DNA of 64,000 bases from NCBI RefSeq assembly GCF_031769215.1, contig NW_026782299.1:2542001-2606000 (forward strand), in the 5' to 3' direction. The first letter of the stretch is position 1. Each line of letters opens with the position of its first letter. A program made the translations under genes and the position numbers. This document shows, one piece after another, positions 1-12,896 of this stretch. The notes under the pieces are model-generated. The model was given only the letters and a program-made list of their open reading frames with translations, had not been told where the DNA came from and ran no database searches. Source of the stretch: Ylistrum balloti. Its lineage: Eukaryota.

Positions 1-42
1 ATCCATTACTGCTTCAAACTGAGATTCTTCAATGTCTGATGT

Positions 43-235
43 CTTCTATAAAGCAGTTCCTCTATGTCATGTGACTTCTATAAAGATGTTCCTTTATGTC
101 ATGTGACCTCTATAAAGATGTTCCTCTATGTCAGGTGACCTATATAAAGCTGTTCCTCTATGTCATGTGACCTCTATAAAGATGTTCGTCTATGCCAGGT
201 GATCTCTATAAAGAGGTTCACCTATGGCAATTGCT
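43..235. repeat. Short tandem array, about 32-bp unit, about 6 copies
   Basis: Recurring TCTATAAAGATGTTCCTCTATGTCATGTGACC-like unit. Confidence 0.85.
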
Positions 236-536
236 CTCTCTAACGAGGTTAGATCAGTGTCGATAGGATTATAGCACAAGTACTTGTGGACTCAAATTTA
301 ATAGCACTGAAAAATAACAAGCCACACAATAGCCTTATACACACTAAAATATTATAAGGCTATTTTGTGGTTTGTTATTTTCATTGGCTACCTATCCGCG
401 ACTTTAGAGATAGTCAGAACCCTTCGGCCTACTTAGAGTCTCATCAACGGGTATCTGTGTTCTGACCTATATTATCCCCTTGAGCCGTGAACATGCAGTT
501 GTATCCGGATGCATAGTGGACAGGATTTTACTAGAG

Positions 537-3500
537 ATGTTTAAAATCCAGATTCACGTGCCAGTGAACCGTGGTAGGTGTAGGTCGGTCAGGTAGCTTT
601 TCACTGTCTTACTAGGATTGAGGATTCTATACACAAATAGGAAGTCTCGCTGAGATTTAATAAAATGATTATAAGCCAAGAGAAAATATACAGAGCAACT
701 GCAAACATCATATTACTTACAACCACGATGTGCAACCACGCGTTTCCTGTTTACATTTTTTGACGGGGCGCGTTCGATACGCAACATGGAAATTAATATG
801 TCGTCGTATTTTTGTCATTTTCAATATCAAAGGTATTTCTCCTCCTTTAATGTCGATCTGATGTATAGATATCGTAATGTCTTATTGTGGAAATCGATAC
901 GGACATATTTATGTAAGAATCTTATTTTTAAAAAAAGTTTTAAACATTAAAAATAAGAACGGTATACTTCTCTTGTAATAACCGGCGTCTTTTCCCATCA
1001 AATAATGCGTCCATTATTTTTTGCTCAACGGTTGCACAATTTCACCTGACTGTCCAAATACTTAAGATTATTTTTGAAAATGGATAATTAATTAATAACA
1101 TTATAAATGTTTTTTTGAGAAGCAACACTTGATGCTGTAAAGTGAGATTTTCGTAAATGATTGCCAGATAAAACTTGCATCTCCTGTAGACTCCAGGGAC
1201 CTGAATTTGAGGCAGTCGATCGAGTACATATCACAGTAAAAAATGTTGTTTTATTATTATTATTTATTTAATTATTATTGAGGTCGGGGGATGGAATCTC
1301 CCTGGAAGAACATGTTTTAGTTACCAGAGAAGATTTTGGTTGGGATAATGAAATACAGTCCAGTTAGTTCCTAGACTTAATACATGACGTGATACATGTA
1401 AAAACACAACCAAATAAATACTACGATGTTTAGCCGAACAGACGCAGCATTTTGCAAATGACGTCATAATTGACGGCACGTGTCTCTATAACAACGGCAA
1501 TGCAACATGCATAGCAGCTGGAAAGACAAACGCAGCAATTATTATAAGCCTAATCATTATACCTTTTAGACCTGAAATAGACATACGACTGACGACAGAA
1601 ATCAACATTTATAAGGTAAGTTTATTAAAGAGGAGAACATCTACACCATTGCATTTTTTAACGATTCCTACTCGGGTGGCTTGCGTTTCTTGTCATCAAT
1701 TAGACTGCTGTACCCCCGAGTTTCCCTCCCACATGATATCATTTAGACTGCTGTACTATCGAGTTTCCCTCCCACATGTCATCAATTAGACTGCTTTACT
1801 CTCGAGTTTCCCTCCCACATGATATCATTTAGACTGCTGTACTATCGAGTTTCCCTCCCACATGTCATCATTTAGACTGCTGTACCCCCGAGTTTCCCTC
1901 CCACATGTCATCATTTAGACTGCTGTACCCCCGAGTTTCCTTCCCACATGATATCATTTAGACTGCTGTACCCCCGAGTTTCCTTCCCACATGTCATCAT
2001 TTAGACTGTTGTACTATCGAGTTTCCTTCCCACATGACATCATTTAGACTGCTGTACTATCGAGTTTCCCTCCCACATGACATCATTTAGACTGCTGTAC
2101 ATCGAGTGACATCAGTTAAACTGCTGTACTATCGAGTTTCCCTCCCACATGACATCATTTAGACTGCTGTACTATCGAGGTTCCCTCGCACGTGACATCA
2201 TTTAGACTGCTGTACCCCCGAGTTTCCTTCCCACATGACATCATTTAGACTGCTGTACTATCGAGTTTCCCTCCCACATAACATTTAGGCTGCTGTACTA
2301 TCGAGTTTCCCTCCCACCTCCCACGTGACATCATTTAGACTGCTGTACCCCGACCCCTTCCCACATGACATCATTTAGACTGCTGTATTAGACTGGTGTA
2401 ACCCCCGATCATCATTTAGTTTCCTTCCCACATGACATCATTTAGACTGCTGAGTTTCCTTCCCACATACATCATTTAGACTGCCGAGTTTCCTTCCCAC
2501 ATGACATCATTTAGACTGCTGTACTATCGAATTTCCCTCCCACATGACATCATTAAGACTGGTGTAACCCCGAGTTTCCTTCCCACATTACATCATTTAG
2601 ACTGCTATACCCCCGAGCTTCCCTCCCACATGACATCATTTAGACTGCTGTACTATCGCTGTACAGTGTCCCTCCAACATGACATCATTTAGACCTGTAC
2701 CGAGTTTCCTTCCCACTTGTCATCATTTAGACTGCTGTACCCCTGAGTTTCTCTCCCGCATGATAACATTTAGACTGCTGTATCCCCGAGTTTCCCTCCC
2801 ACGTGACATCATTTAGACTGCTGTACTATCGAGTTTCCTTCCCACGTGTCATCATTTTGACTGCTGTACTATCGAGTTTCCTTCCCACATGATATCATTT
2901 AGACTGCTATACCCCCGAGTTTCCTTCCCACATGACATCAGTTAAACTGCTGTACTATCGAGTTTCCCTCCCACATGACATCATTTAGACTGCTGTACTA
3001 TCGAGGTTCCCTCCCACATGACATCATTAAGACTGGTGTAACCCCGAGTTTCCTTCCCACATGACTTCATTTAGACTGCTGTACTCCCGAGTTTCCTTCC
3101 CACATGACATCATTTAGACTGCTGTACTATCGAATTTCCCTCCCACATGACATCATTAAGACTGGTGTAACCCCGAGTTTCCTTCCCACATTACATCATT
3201 TAGACTGCTGTACTATCGAGTTTCCCTCCCACATGATAACATTTAGACTGCTGTACTATCGAGTTTCCTTCCCACATGACATCATTTAGACTGCTGTACT
3301 ATCGAGTTTCCCTCCCACGTGACATCATTTAGACTGCTGTACTATCGAGTTTCCCTCCCACGTGACATCATTTAGACTGCTGTACTATCGAGTTTCCCTC
3401 CCACATGTCCTCATTTAGACTGCTGTACCCCCGAGTTTCCTTCCCACATGTCATCATTTAGACTGCTGTACTCCCGAGTTTCCTTCCCACATGACATCAT

Positions 3501-6500
3501 TTAGACTGCTGTACCCCCGAGTTTCCTTCCCACATGTCATCATTTAGACTGCTGTACTCCCGAGTTTCCTTCCCACATGACATCATTTAGACTGCTGTCT
3601 ACTATGTACTATCGAATTTCCCTCCCACATGACATCATTAAGACTGGTGTAACCCCGAGTTTCCTTCCCACATTACATCATTTAGACTGCTGTACCCCCG
3701 ATTACATCATTTAGACTGGTATACCCCCGAGCTTCCCTCCCACATGTCCTCATTTAGACTGCTGTACCCCCGAGTTTCCCTCCCCTCACTATCGAGTGTC
3801 CCTCCAACATGACATCATTTAGACTGCTGTACTATCGAGTTTTCCTTCCACATGACATCATTTAGACTGCTGTACTCTCGAGTTTCCCTCCCACGTGACA
3901 TCATTTAGACTGCTGTACTATCGAGTTTCCCTCCCACGTGACATCATTTAAACTGCTGTACTATCGAGTTTCCTTCCCACATGACATCATTTAGATTGCT
4001 GTACTATCGAGCTTCCCTCCACATGACATCATTTAGACTGGTGTAACCACGAGTTTCCTTCTTACATGTCATCATTTAGGCTGCTGTACTATCGAATTTC
4101 CCTCCCACATGACATCATTAAGACTGATGTTCCACCGAGTTTCCTTTCCACATGACATAATTTAGACTGCTATACCCCCGAGCTTCCCTCCCACATGTCA
4201 TCATTTAGACTGCTGTACTATCGAGTTTCCCTCCCACATGATAACATTTAGACTGGTGTAACCCCGAGTCTCTTCCCACTTGTCATCATTTAGACTGCTG
4301 TACCCCATGACATCATTTAGACTGCTGTACTATCGAGGTTCCCTCCCACATGACATGTACTATCGAGTTTCCCTCACATGACATCATTTAGACATGATAA
4401 CATTTAGACTGCTGTATCCCCGAGTTTCCCTCCCACGTGACATCATTTAGACTGCTGTACTATCGAGTTTCCTTCCCACGTGTCATCATTTTGACTGCTG
4501 TACTATCGAGTTTCCTTCCCACATGACATCATTTAGACTGTTGTACTGTTGAGTTTCCTTCCCACGTGACATCATTTAGACTGCTGTACCCCCGAGCTTC
4601 CCTCCCACATGACATCAGTTAAACTGCTGTACTATCGAGTTTCCCTCCCACATGACATCATTTAGACTTGTACCCCACATGACATCATTTTCCCACATGT
4701 ACATCATTTTAGACTGCTGTACTATCGAGTTTCCTTCCCACGTGTCATCATTTTGACTGCTGTACTATCGAGTTTCCTTCCCACATGACATCATTTAGAC
4801 TGCTGTACTATCGAATTTCCTTCCAACGTGACATCATTTAGACTGGTGTAACCCCGAGTTTCCCTCCCACATGATATCATTTAGACTGCTGTACTATCGA
4901 GTGTCCCTCCCACATGTCATCATTTAGACTGCTGTACTATCGAGTTTCCCTCCCACATGATATCATTTAGACTGCTGTACTATCGAGTGTCCCTCCCACA
5001 GAACATCATTTTGACTGTTGTATTATCGACTTTCCCTCACGATGATTATATATGGTTACTCCCTCTTACCAAGTCTATGTCATCCGTTTACACCTTCGAC
5101 TTTGCTTGGTGCTAAAATGACCTACACCGAGGTTGAATCTTTATCATCCATCCGGCGTTGATATGCGGTAACCATGTAGAAATGTTTCACTATGTCAGTG
5201 GCAGACACATATTGCAATATGTACTTTACATGCCTCCGAAAATTTCATTGCCAGTCAAATCATTCATGTTCCGGGAGTTGAAACCATTTACTGCAATTTG
5301 TCCATAGTCCATTATATCTTCCAGGGAAAAAGTTCTGTTAGATTGTTGAGAATGACCGCCTCCACTGAAAAAAGTTTATACAAGGATATTTCGAACGGCA
5401 ACACATTTGCCACACTTAAGTTATGTACAAACGCGTATTCTTTGTAAACAATTAATAACATGAAACGGTAACATTAACATTTGAGATTTAACATTCAAAC
5501 ATACAATGCGGTAACGTGCTGGCTGAACAAAGCACGCCCTTTGTGTACTATATTTGTGCCAAAATAACGATATGATATTTGTTCTGGTTTCTGTCTGTTA
5601 ATCCTTTTTTGTTCTCTCTTTCCGTTCTACGTTATCTCATAGAACTTGATTCATGATATTGTCAAAGCATCGTTTCGCTCCGTGAGTAAAATATCGCCTA
5701 ACATAAATAACCCAAAATCGGCAGAAGATATCTGCATAGAAAGGGTAAAGTTAACTAATTGTGACGTTCTTTTGATTTCTATCTAAAAAAAACTCGGACA
5801 AAACGTCAGAATAACTGTATTAAGATAAAAAATGAACGTGTTCCCTAAAATTGATTGTTGATATTTGTAGAAATATGAATGTTGCTGACAGAACGGCGAC
5901 ACTTGACAGAAAGTCACTGTATTCTTCGAGCGGTCGGTCAAGTGAGGACAAGAAAGTAGGTATAGATGATGAAATATGTAGATGTTCCTTGTAGACACGG
6001 AATGCGACTTCATTACTGTTTCAATCCCTATTGCTTCAAGATTTTCGCGGGAAATAAGCAATGATTGATGGATTATGACAAAAACGAATCAATAATTCAT
6101 TTCAGAAACAGGGGGAACCCCCGTGTCCAATAAACTTGAAGGGTCCTGAGCTTGTTAAGAGGATCAGTGAATGGCTTGCGTTTGTAAGACGTGAAGTAGA
6201 TGAACAAAAACTGCAAATTGCTGAGGAAACTTCCAACAATCATTATGGACGACCAAAAAAGGAAAAGGATATTTCAGTTTGCATATATGACCATCAAAGT
6301 CGGAGTATTAACCATTACGACCGCCCCAGCGTAGAGAAAGAGTCGGTTCTAAGCCACGACCGATTCGAAAACCCCAATAACAGATATAACCAGCTGGCTC
6401 CGAGCAATAACGAGTTTGGCACTGACAGTTGTCAAACTAACCCAGACTATTGTCAGTTAAGTAACAATTGCAACAAACCACATAGCGACTACAATGCATT

Positions 6501-6759
6501 TGGTGTAGTATGCACTAAGTGTAACGAATCAGTTACACACTATCGACAGGCAGATAATTGCTTGAAAGAAACTGAAACCTGGTTCAGATCACCAATTGCA
6601 GACCCTAAACCGCCAAATGCAGGCTTCAATCAACAAAAACGTTATATAGGTAGCAGACAACGAAACAAAGATTGCAAACAACGAAATTATGTTACAAACA
6701 ACAAAGTACAGGTTATGAACAACAAAATGCAGGTTTCAGACAAACCTTTATTTCCATAA
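537..6759 (+). CDS. Candidate spliced gene of unknown product (possible exons 535-573, 1190-1235, 1570-1615, 5643-5681, 6106-6759)
   Basis: AG/GT-bounded segments with phase-compatible open frames join into MFKIQIHVPVNRDSRDLNLRQSIEYISQPEIDIRLTTEINIYKNLIHDIVKASFRSKQGEPPCPINLKGPELVKRISEW and then the 6136-6759 ORF (which starts at TTG, consistent with an internal or terminal exon). Strong donors are AAG|GTAAGT at 1615 and CC|GTGAGT at 5681. No domain recognised. Confidence 0.3.
1692..5040. repeat. 43-bp minisatellite/satellite array, about 75-80 copies
   Basis: Unit CATTTAGACTGCTGTACTATCGAGTTTCCCTCCCACATGACAT with variants (TACTATC/TACCCCC, CCCTCCC/CCTTCCC). Confidence 0.97.
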
Positions 6760-9700
6760 ACAGAATATATTTCAAAGCAGAACATCAGTCAGAAGTCGAA
6801 AACATGCTTTGCACAACAAACTACAGTTATCATGGGATGAAAGATAAGGAAACGAAACCACACTGTCTATACAACAGGATGACGGGAATGTTGGAGTTCC
6901 TGAAAACTTTCATATCTTACAACACAGAAAACGACTGTTAGCAAATTTTTGAACTGAATATAGGTAAACAGATTCTGAAATTTCATTCAGAATTTTTCTC
7001 TAAATGTAACAAAACGGTGTGGATCTATTATATCATAAATAACCTTTATCTTACTGGCTTCTCATGTACTGCTACAATTTTATATGAGTTGGGTGAAATA
7101 TTATAATCATATGGGAAAAGTACAAAGGTGAATCCTAATCTAAGTACGATTCATGATAGTGGTAGTTATTTTTACCGAATTACATTACATTGTGGCTTTA
7201 TTCTGTTCGTTTCTTCGTTTCAGTTTCTGTAGCCACACATTGGCATATTTTATATGATTTTATTGATAGCGCGGACAAGTAAATATATATATATATATAT
7301 ATGTTTATGTAAATAAATAAAAGCAATAAAAAGTGCTGAATAATTATCATAAAAGTATATCAATGTTTGGTCCATGATGTACAATGCCGTGCAATGTTGC
7401 AAACGTCCAGTGACAACATATTCCAGGTACATAATCAGCAGTCTCCACGTGTTAAATGTAATATAATTCTGATTTAATGTTTGATTCAAATCGACCATCT
7501 GGATATATTTAAGCGTCAATTTAGCTTTGAAAGGGCGTAGTTGTTTATCGGCAATCTAAACTTTGCACTAACCACTGGCTAAATCTAATCTTTGAGCCTA
7601 ATGGGGCCTAACGGTCATCTGTTAGTGTACATTTTTGTGGTATGAGTTAGTCGTGAATGAAAGTTCCACTCCTAACTCTTTTGGAGAACAGTTCTCATTT
7701 TTAACATATATGTATCATGATGTTCATGACGTTTTTCCAAAACCACCAAAACATACAAGTTGTAGATATATTGATATATGGGATTTTATATTCTTGTTGC
7801 TCTGTCTTGGTATCGATTTTGAGACATCAACATTCCAAAATGTTGGCAGAGCCATCGATGTTAGTTTCTACTCATATTTTGTTTTTTCAACTCTTCTTCA
7901 TGTTTATGATTATTTTTTAACACAAATAGTCTGTATGTTTTTTTATCACATCACAAAATAACAGAAAAAATTAATGCATACGTATTGTCTTTGTTTGCTT
8001 TCCATATTTCACCTACATTTAATGTATTTGAAGGTTCTAATATAGTATTAATTCTAGGAAAGCTTAACATGTTTAAGTATCATGCAGTTGCAAATTTAAC
8101 TGCTGTCCATGGATTATGAAATATTGTAAAATCACCATCTCTGTAATGCTAAGAAATAGGTTTATAATTTACGTATTGACTTTCATGGTACAGTTCGGCT
8201 CATTTTTTCTGTACAAAATCTATGAAGAAAAGTCATCCTCAAAAACTAAATATGCAGTAGACATCATCTACATAGAGTAAAGTAACCGCTGCGATTACGA
8301 AATATCATACGAACACAGAACACAGACAAAACGTAAAGACTGACTCAAAGAGATATGATGTCATAAATGCATCAAAGAGAAGACATGAGCAATGCAGAGC
8401 ATGAAGAAAATGTGAAAATTGCATCAAATACAAAATATGAGAGCAATGAAGAGCATAGGAAAAACGCAAAAATAAATCATAAAAAAACAGCATTAAGGAG
8501 TCGGATGATAAAAAAAATATCAAGAAATGACTGCGAAAAACAGAGACATGTTATACGTGTTGTAATTAACACGTTTATAAAAGTTATTAAGGACTTTCCA
8601 GGTCACAATTTGTTCCGTCTGTCATAAGTTATTGTTGAAGAAACAGGTCGAAAGATGTAACAAAGATACAACAAATAGGGGGAATAATGTATTGAAGTAG
8701 CGTGACAATGTATCACTGAGCGGTATGTCAATCCTTGTTCAACCGAGGTAAACCATCAGTGTTCGTGTACTGTATGGATTTGTTTTATCTGTCACAGGAA
8801 ATTGTTAGCCGGGAACATTCCGTGTGAGGTTGCAATACACCATGCGAACTTCAGTGATTAAATCCCATTGAAACTCAGTTGACATCAGTTATTGTACCAT
8901 TTACGAAAATGATACTTTCGCCGAAGGGTGGATAGCATGGAGTTTATGGTTCAGTTGTATGTGTCCCTGCAAATATATGCACGTCTATCAGAAGTTTACC
9001 TAGATGTGAACGCGATAGCAATTCGATTCAAGTTAAATTAAAGAGGAAACTGTCATATTAAAGTCAATATGGCTATCGTTGTGTGAATACTGATCGTCTT
9101 GAGAAGGCAATTAACTTTTTGAAAGAAAAAATAACAAATGTGGTACGGCAATGTGAAATTGGAGGAAGTTTGGGAAAACCCAATAGATGAGAACAAAGAC
9201 AGTGAAAATACACAAAACGACTTGGTACAAAACGTAGAGAGTCTCCTTGATGCAGATAATGTCTTCAACCTCTAGATATAGGACAGGAAATTCTCGGTCG
9301 GTATTTCGGCAAAATATTTTCTGTGGCTAGACAGGATCGAAATATTTGATATCCCGTTTTAGGTATAAAATACTTAGTTAACTTGCTATTACGTTACACT
9401 ATGCTTTTGGTATATAAAGTTGACAACAGATGCAAATCTTTGCTCATTTTTCCATTAAGTACCTAAAACTTAACACATTTTAGTTAGATATTTTTACAGT
9501 GAATTGCATTACACTAATCTTTTACTTTCGTTACAAAACTAGAGATGGATTTTTTTTAAACTTTTGCCATTATAACTGTTCTCATCCGAGGATTTCCTTT
9601 CAGTAGAAATATTAGAAGAAATCAGTTTTTAAACATTTTGTAACCGACAGGTAATTTTTTTCTTGGTAATACCATACTGGATATGTATCCGATTATCATT

Positions 9701-11863
9701 ATGTACATATATGAAAATAACTAATATTTCATAGATGTCAACCCGAGACATTTCTACTCAGCTATTATTTTTCCATGACTTTTGTTGAGTACTACCAATA
9801 TTCTGCAGACTTTTTCCGTAGAGTATTGGCATACATTATTTGCAGACTTTGTCTCGAAATCGATGGACACCAAAGAAAAATATCCATAGAATTTGGAGAG
9901 CATTGGCATTGCACATATATTCGACCCCATCAACCATTGTCAATGGACTTAGTCAACATTTTCCACAGACATAACAGACATTTGTCATAGGCAAAATAAA
10001 CAATTTCCACAGATCTAGTAGAAATTTTCCAATAATGTGACAGATTTTTTTTTAAAACCTTACGAAAGGACGGTTACTGATAAAAAAGGAACTCCGAGAA
10101 AAAAGTGTGGGAAATTCTTTAACACGGACAATATCCGCTGATAGCGTTCATTTTCCATGTAAATTTGAACTTCTATTGGATTCCATGGAATTCCCCGGTA
10201 ACAACAAACAAACTCATGCTTAGTTGATTTCCCATTGATAATTAATCTACAGCCAGAATGACATATTTATGTTTGTAATGTCTGTGTTGTTTTAAGATGT
10301 ATTATTATTCAAATCAACAATATTGTCTCCAAATTACAATCAGACACATTTAATGAAGACACAATGGTTTAATTGTCACTTTCTTTATGCGTATCCAAGT
10401 CTTATATCAGATTTGTATAATTAGGGATGTATACTCCCACGTGTTTCTGCCTTCTTTTATTTAACATATTTATGTTTTGCGTAAGAGTGAGTTTTATATC
10501 AATTTTAAGGTTTGGTATGGATTTACACGAATGTAAATTTATGTATATATAATATGATAACATTGTTGCTGCGCAATGATGCACTCCCTTTCTCAATCCA
10601 TATTTGAAAGAAAATAGTGAAAAAGAAAAAACGTAAGAATCCTTGCGTGAAATTAAAAAATAAACTGTATTCACGCAATCTCTTTTACATTTTACCTCGG
10701 TATACCTAGTTAATGATAAGCCTTTAGACCTTGCAGATTGAGATTTCGCATTTTTTACCAATTATTGACCCCGATGACATTGAAAGTGGATGAAGGTTAT
10801 TCATACTATTACTTAAGCATCTGACATATGGAATAACAATACTCTAGAGTTTAAGGAACTTGGAAAGAAACATTTTTCATTTTTTATCCTAATCAGAGAC
10901 AGAGTTTACTCTCTATCTATATTAAATTTTTTATGTATTTGTAAGCTTGATGTAAACGTAGGAAATAAATTTATATGTCTATAATTGATATTTCCACTCA
11001 TTCTAATTTAATAATCAAAAATATAAGGAGAGTATTCTCTCGTAACTTTTATTCAAATGTTATACACTTTGGTATGTGCTTGTCCTGTTTTAAAGCCACA
11101 ATATACACAAATGAGCTAAAAGAGAGAAAAAGCAATATCTTAAAACAATTCCTCTAAGAAATACTCGAGACGATATTGTGCTTCTGTATTGATATAGATG
11201 TAGTTGAAATTTACTCTTTGTAAACATCCCTCCATTTACGATCATTGCTGAATCGAAGTCTGAAAATCATTTAGACGTTTCCGTGAGATGACACATTTAC
11301 GATATCATGTGCGTCCTATTCAGACTACACAGCGAGCCCTCGAATGTACACCTGCATTCTACTAGTAATATGAGTTCAGCAACAACGCACAACACTTGAG
11401 ACATTGTACCTTGTAATTTTTCGTGACGGCTTTCTTCACATGGACTAGTGGGAATCACTGTATGGTATTGTGTGTGGTAATGCGAAACCAACGATCTTCA
11501 GCTGTCGATCCTACATTTTTTTCATCAAATAAATAAACATCCCTTATTTTGGTAAGATCAGTAATAACAAATCTTCAATGTGTAATGTTGACTTGAAAAA
11601 AAAGAAAGAAATAACAGAAATTACATAATAATACATCCTATTTATGTAACTAATTATATAGTTTACATACAATTTGCAATGACATGATTCAACATAATTC
11701 ACATAGTTATAATTTTCATAACATCATCTCCAGTCTTTGATATGATCGTCATGCATAAGCGCGCATTTTTTCTAATACCACAGCCTACCAAACACTTCCC
11801 GCTTACCTCCTATTCTTAAATAATAATTACTTCCTTTCCTATAATTTCCTTTCCAGTTTCTAG

Positions 11864-11866
<3 letters not shown>

Positions 11867-11934
<68 letters not shown>
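11867..11934. repeat. (TC)34 microsatellite
   Basis: Uninterrupted TC run. It explains the ERERER ORF at 11816-12163. Confidence 0.98.
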
Positions 11935-11939
<5 letters not shown>

Positions 11940-11954
11940 GAGAAAACCCTAATC

Positions 11955-12024
11955 GGTTTAGGGAATCGAACCCCGATCGGCAAAGGGAAAGACGAGTGTG
12001 TTACCACATCATACGACCACCACA
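11955..12024 (-). mobile_element. tRNA-derived SINE head, truncated
   Basis: Minus strand GTGGTAACACACTCGTCTTTC...GGGGTTCGATTCCC (B box), similar to the SINE head at 49410-49512. Confidence 0.55.
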
Positions 12025-12896
12025 TAATGATGGTGATGGTGATCCTATGACGTCTACAAGAACATGAAGATGACAATGATAACGTAACATCACGGTGATA
12101 GATCCGTGTTAAAACATTTGTATTTGTGGCTATGTTGGCGAGTGTCTTCTTAAAATCTTTCAAAAAACCAAATTAAATAAAAATGAAACTTCAGTGAAGC
12201 CATAAATCATACAGATCAAAATGATGATCAACTTGCGGTCATGTTCATACAGTGCCGATTTCATTTCTTTTAAAAAATTGTTTCGATATCCACACAAAGA
12301 CTTTGCTAATATATATACCGCTCAGATTAGTATGTTTGTGAGCATCCAGTGCAGCCGGCCTTTCCAATTTTCTGCATTATGAAATCGTACAGGTAAAACA
12401 AATGTGTACTTAGTGATATCTGAGACCTCTTTGATTTGATCGAAGTACTTTCTGGAGAAGATCATCTTTACACAGACTATTGGTCCGATTTCAGTCATAA
12501 TTAGACAAATACGTATACCGATATATGATGTTGAGTAGGTGAGGCTATTTATGTGTGACACTAAGGAGAGGAAACCCCTCTCAAACTTAGTGCTGATAAA
12601 GTTACGTAATAGTTTTGAAAACAAGGTAGTTCATTTTGTAAACCCGAACACAAAATGGCGTGCAGAAATAACAACGACAGGCTTTCAGAATTGGATTTTG
12701 TTATGGGTGTGGTTTAAATTATGATTTTGGTAACACGAGTAACTGATACAGCCATGCGTGCAGGAGACCGCCATTTCGGGCAAGTATTGCGTTTCAAAAA
12801 ATCTTTACAAAAAGAGGACAAAACAAAAAACTGATATTATAAGATGTTACCTTTTACAAGAGTATGTATTACAAACTACCCTTATAAAACACAACA

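Noticed and set aside
1692-5040. 43-bp array as a CRISPR array, and ORFs 2501-2692 and 3104-3289 as genes
   Set aside because: Head-to-tail monomers with no unique spacers, no cas genes and a eukaryotic context; the ORFs are translations of the repeat.
8367-9270. Lys/Glu/Asn-rich short ORFs resembling decayed coding sequence
   Set aside because: No recognisable motif or consistent splice frame; could be compositional.
10187-10196. Perfect NF-kB site GGGGAATTCC (minus strand)
   Set aside because: About two GGGRNNYYCC matches are expected by chance on both strands of 64 kb, and it is not at a TLR promoter.
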